In this document: one piece after another, positions 63,989-64,000 of the stretch
Layout: each line of letters begins with the position of its first letter
How positions within the stretch are numbered: the first letter of the stretch is position 1
Assembly: GCF_006345805.1 (NCBI RefSeq)
Contig: NC_042997.1
Span: 196,974,001 to 197,038,000 of the forward strand
Source of the DNA: Octopus sinensis
Lineage: Eukaryota
Reading direction: 5' to 3'
DNA length: 64,000 nucleotides
Made by a program: the position numbers and the translations under genes
The notes under the pieces: generated by a model
Database searches by the model: none
Seen by the model: the letters and a program-made list of their open reading frames with translations, nothing else
What the model was told of the DNA's origin: nothing

Positions 63989-64000
63989 TAATAATAATAA
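63929..64000. repeat. (AAT)n microsatellite running off the window
   Basis: Directly visible. Confidence 0.97.

Overview
Eukaryotic, AT-rich, repeat-dense non-coding DNA. The SINE, LINE and microsatellite content looks like an octopus (coleoid cephalopod) genome; this is an inference from recognised repeat families and was not database-checked. No host protein-coding gene, tRNA, rRNA or CRISPR array could be supported. Nearly all ORFs in the supplied track are artefacts of (TA)n, (TACA)n, (CA)n, (GAT)n or (GAA)n tracts, or of SINE copies. The only protein-like remnants are a mariner transposase relic (30590-31160) and C-terminal restriction-like-endonuclease (RLE) fragments of two non-LTR retrotransposon families. 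Other contents: four tRNA-headed SINE families (my labels A-D), several MITE families (mariner-type, piggyBac-type, unclassified TA-type), a non-autonomous Helitron, Penelope-like termini and one 100-N gap. Most notable: (1) six hammerhead-ribozyme-like motifs in Penelope-like termini, including one with an intact catalytic core inside a 239-bp near-perfect palindrome at 32741-32979, next to a second 227-bp palindrome; (2) SINE-A trimers that seem to have been mobilised as a unit; (3) mix-and-match SINE heads and tails; (4) RLE LINE 3' ends that abut specific microsatellites. All coordinates were counted by hand, and ends of degenerate elements may be off by a few bases.
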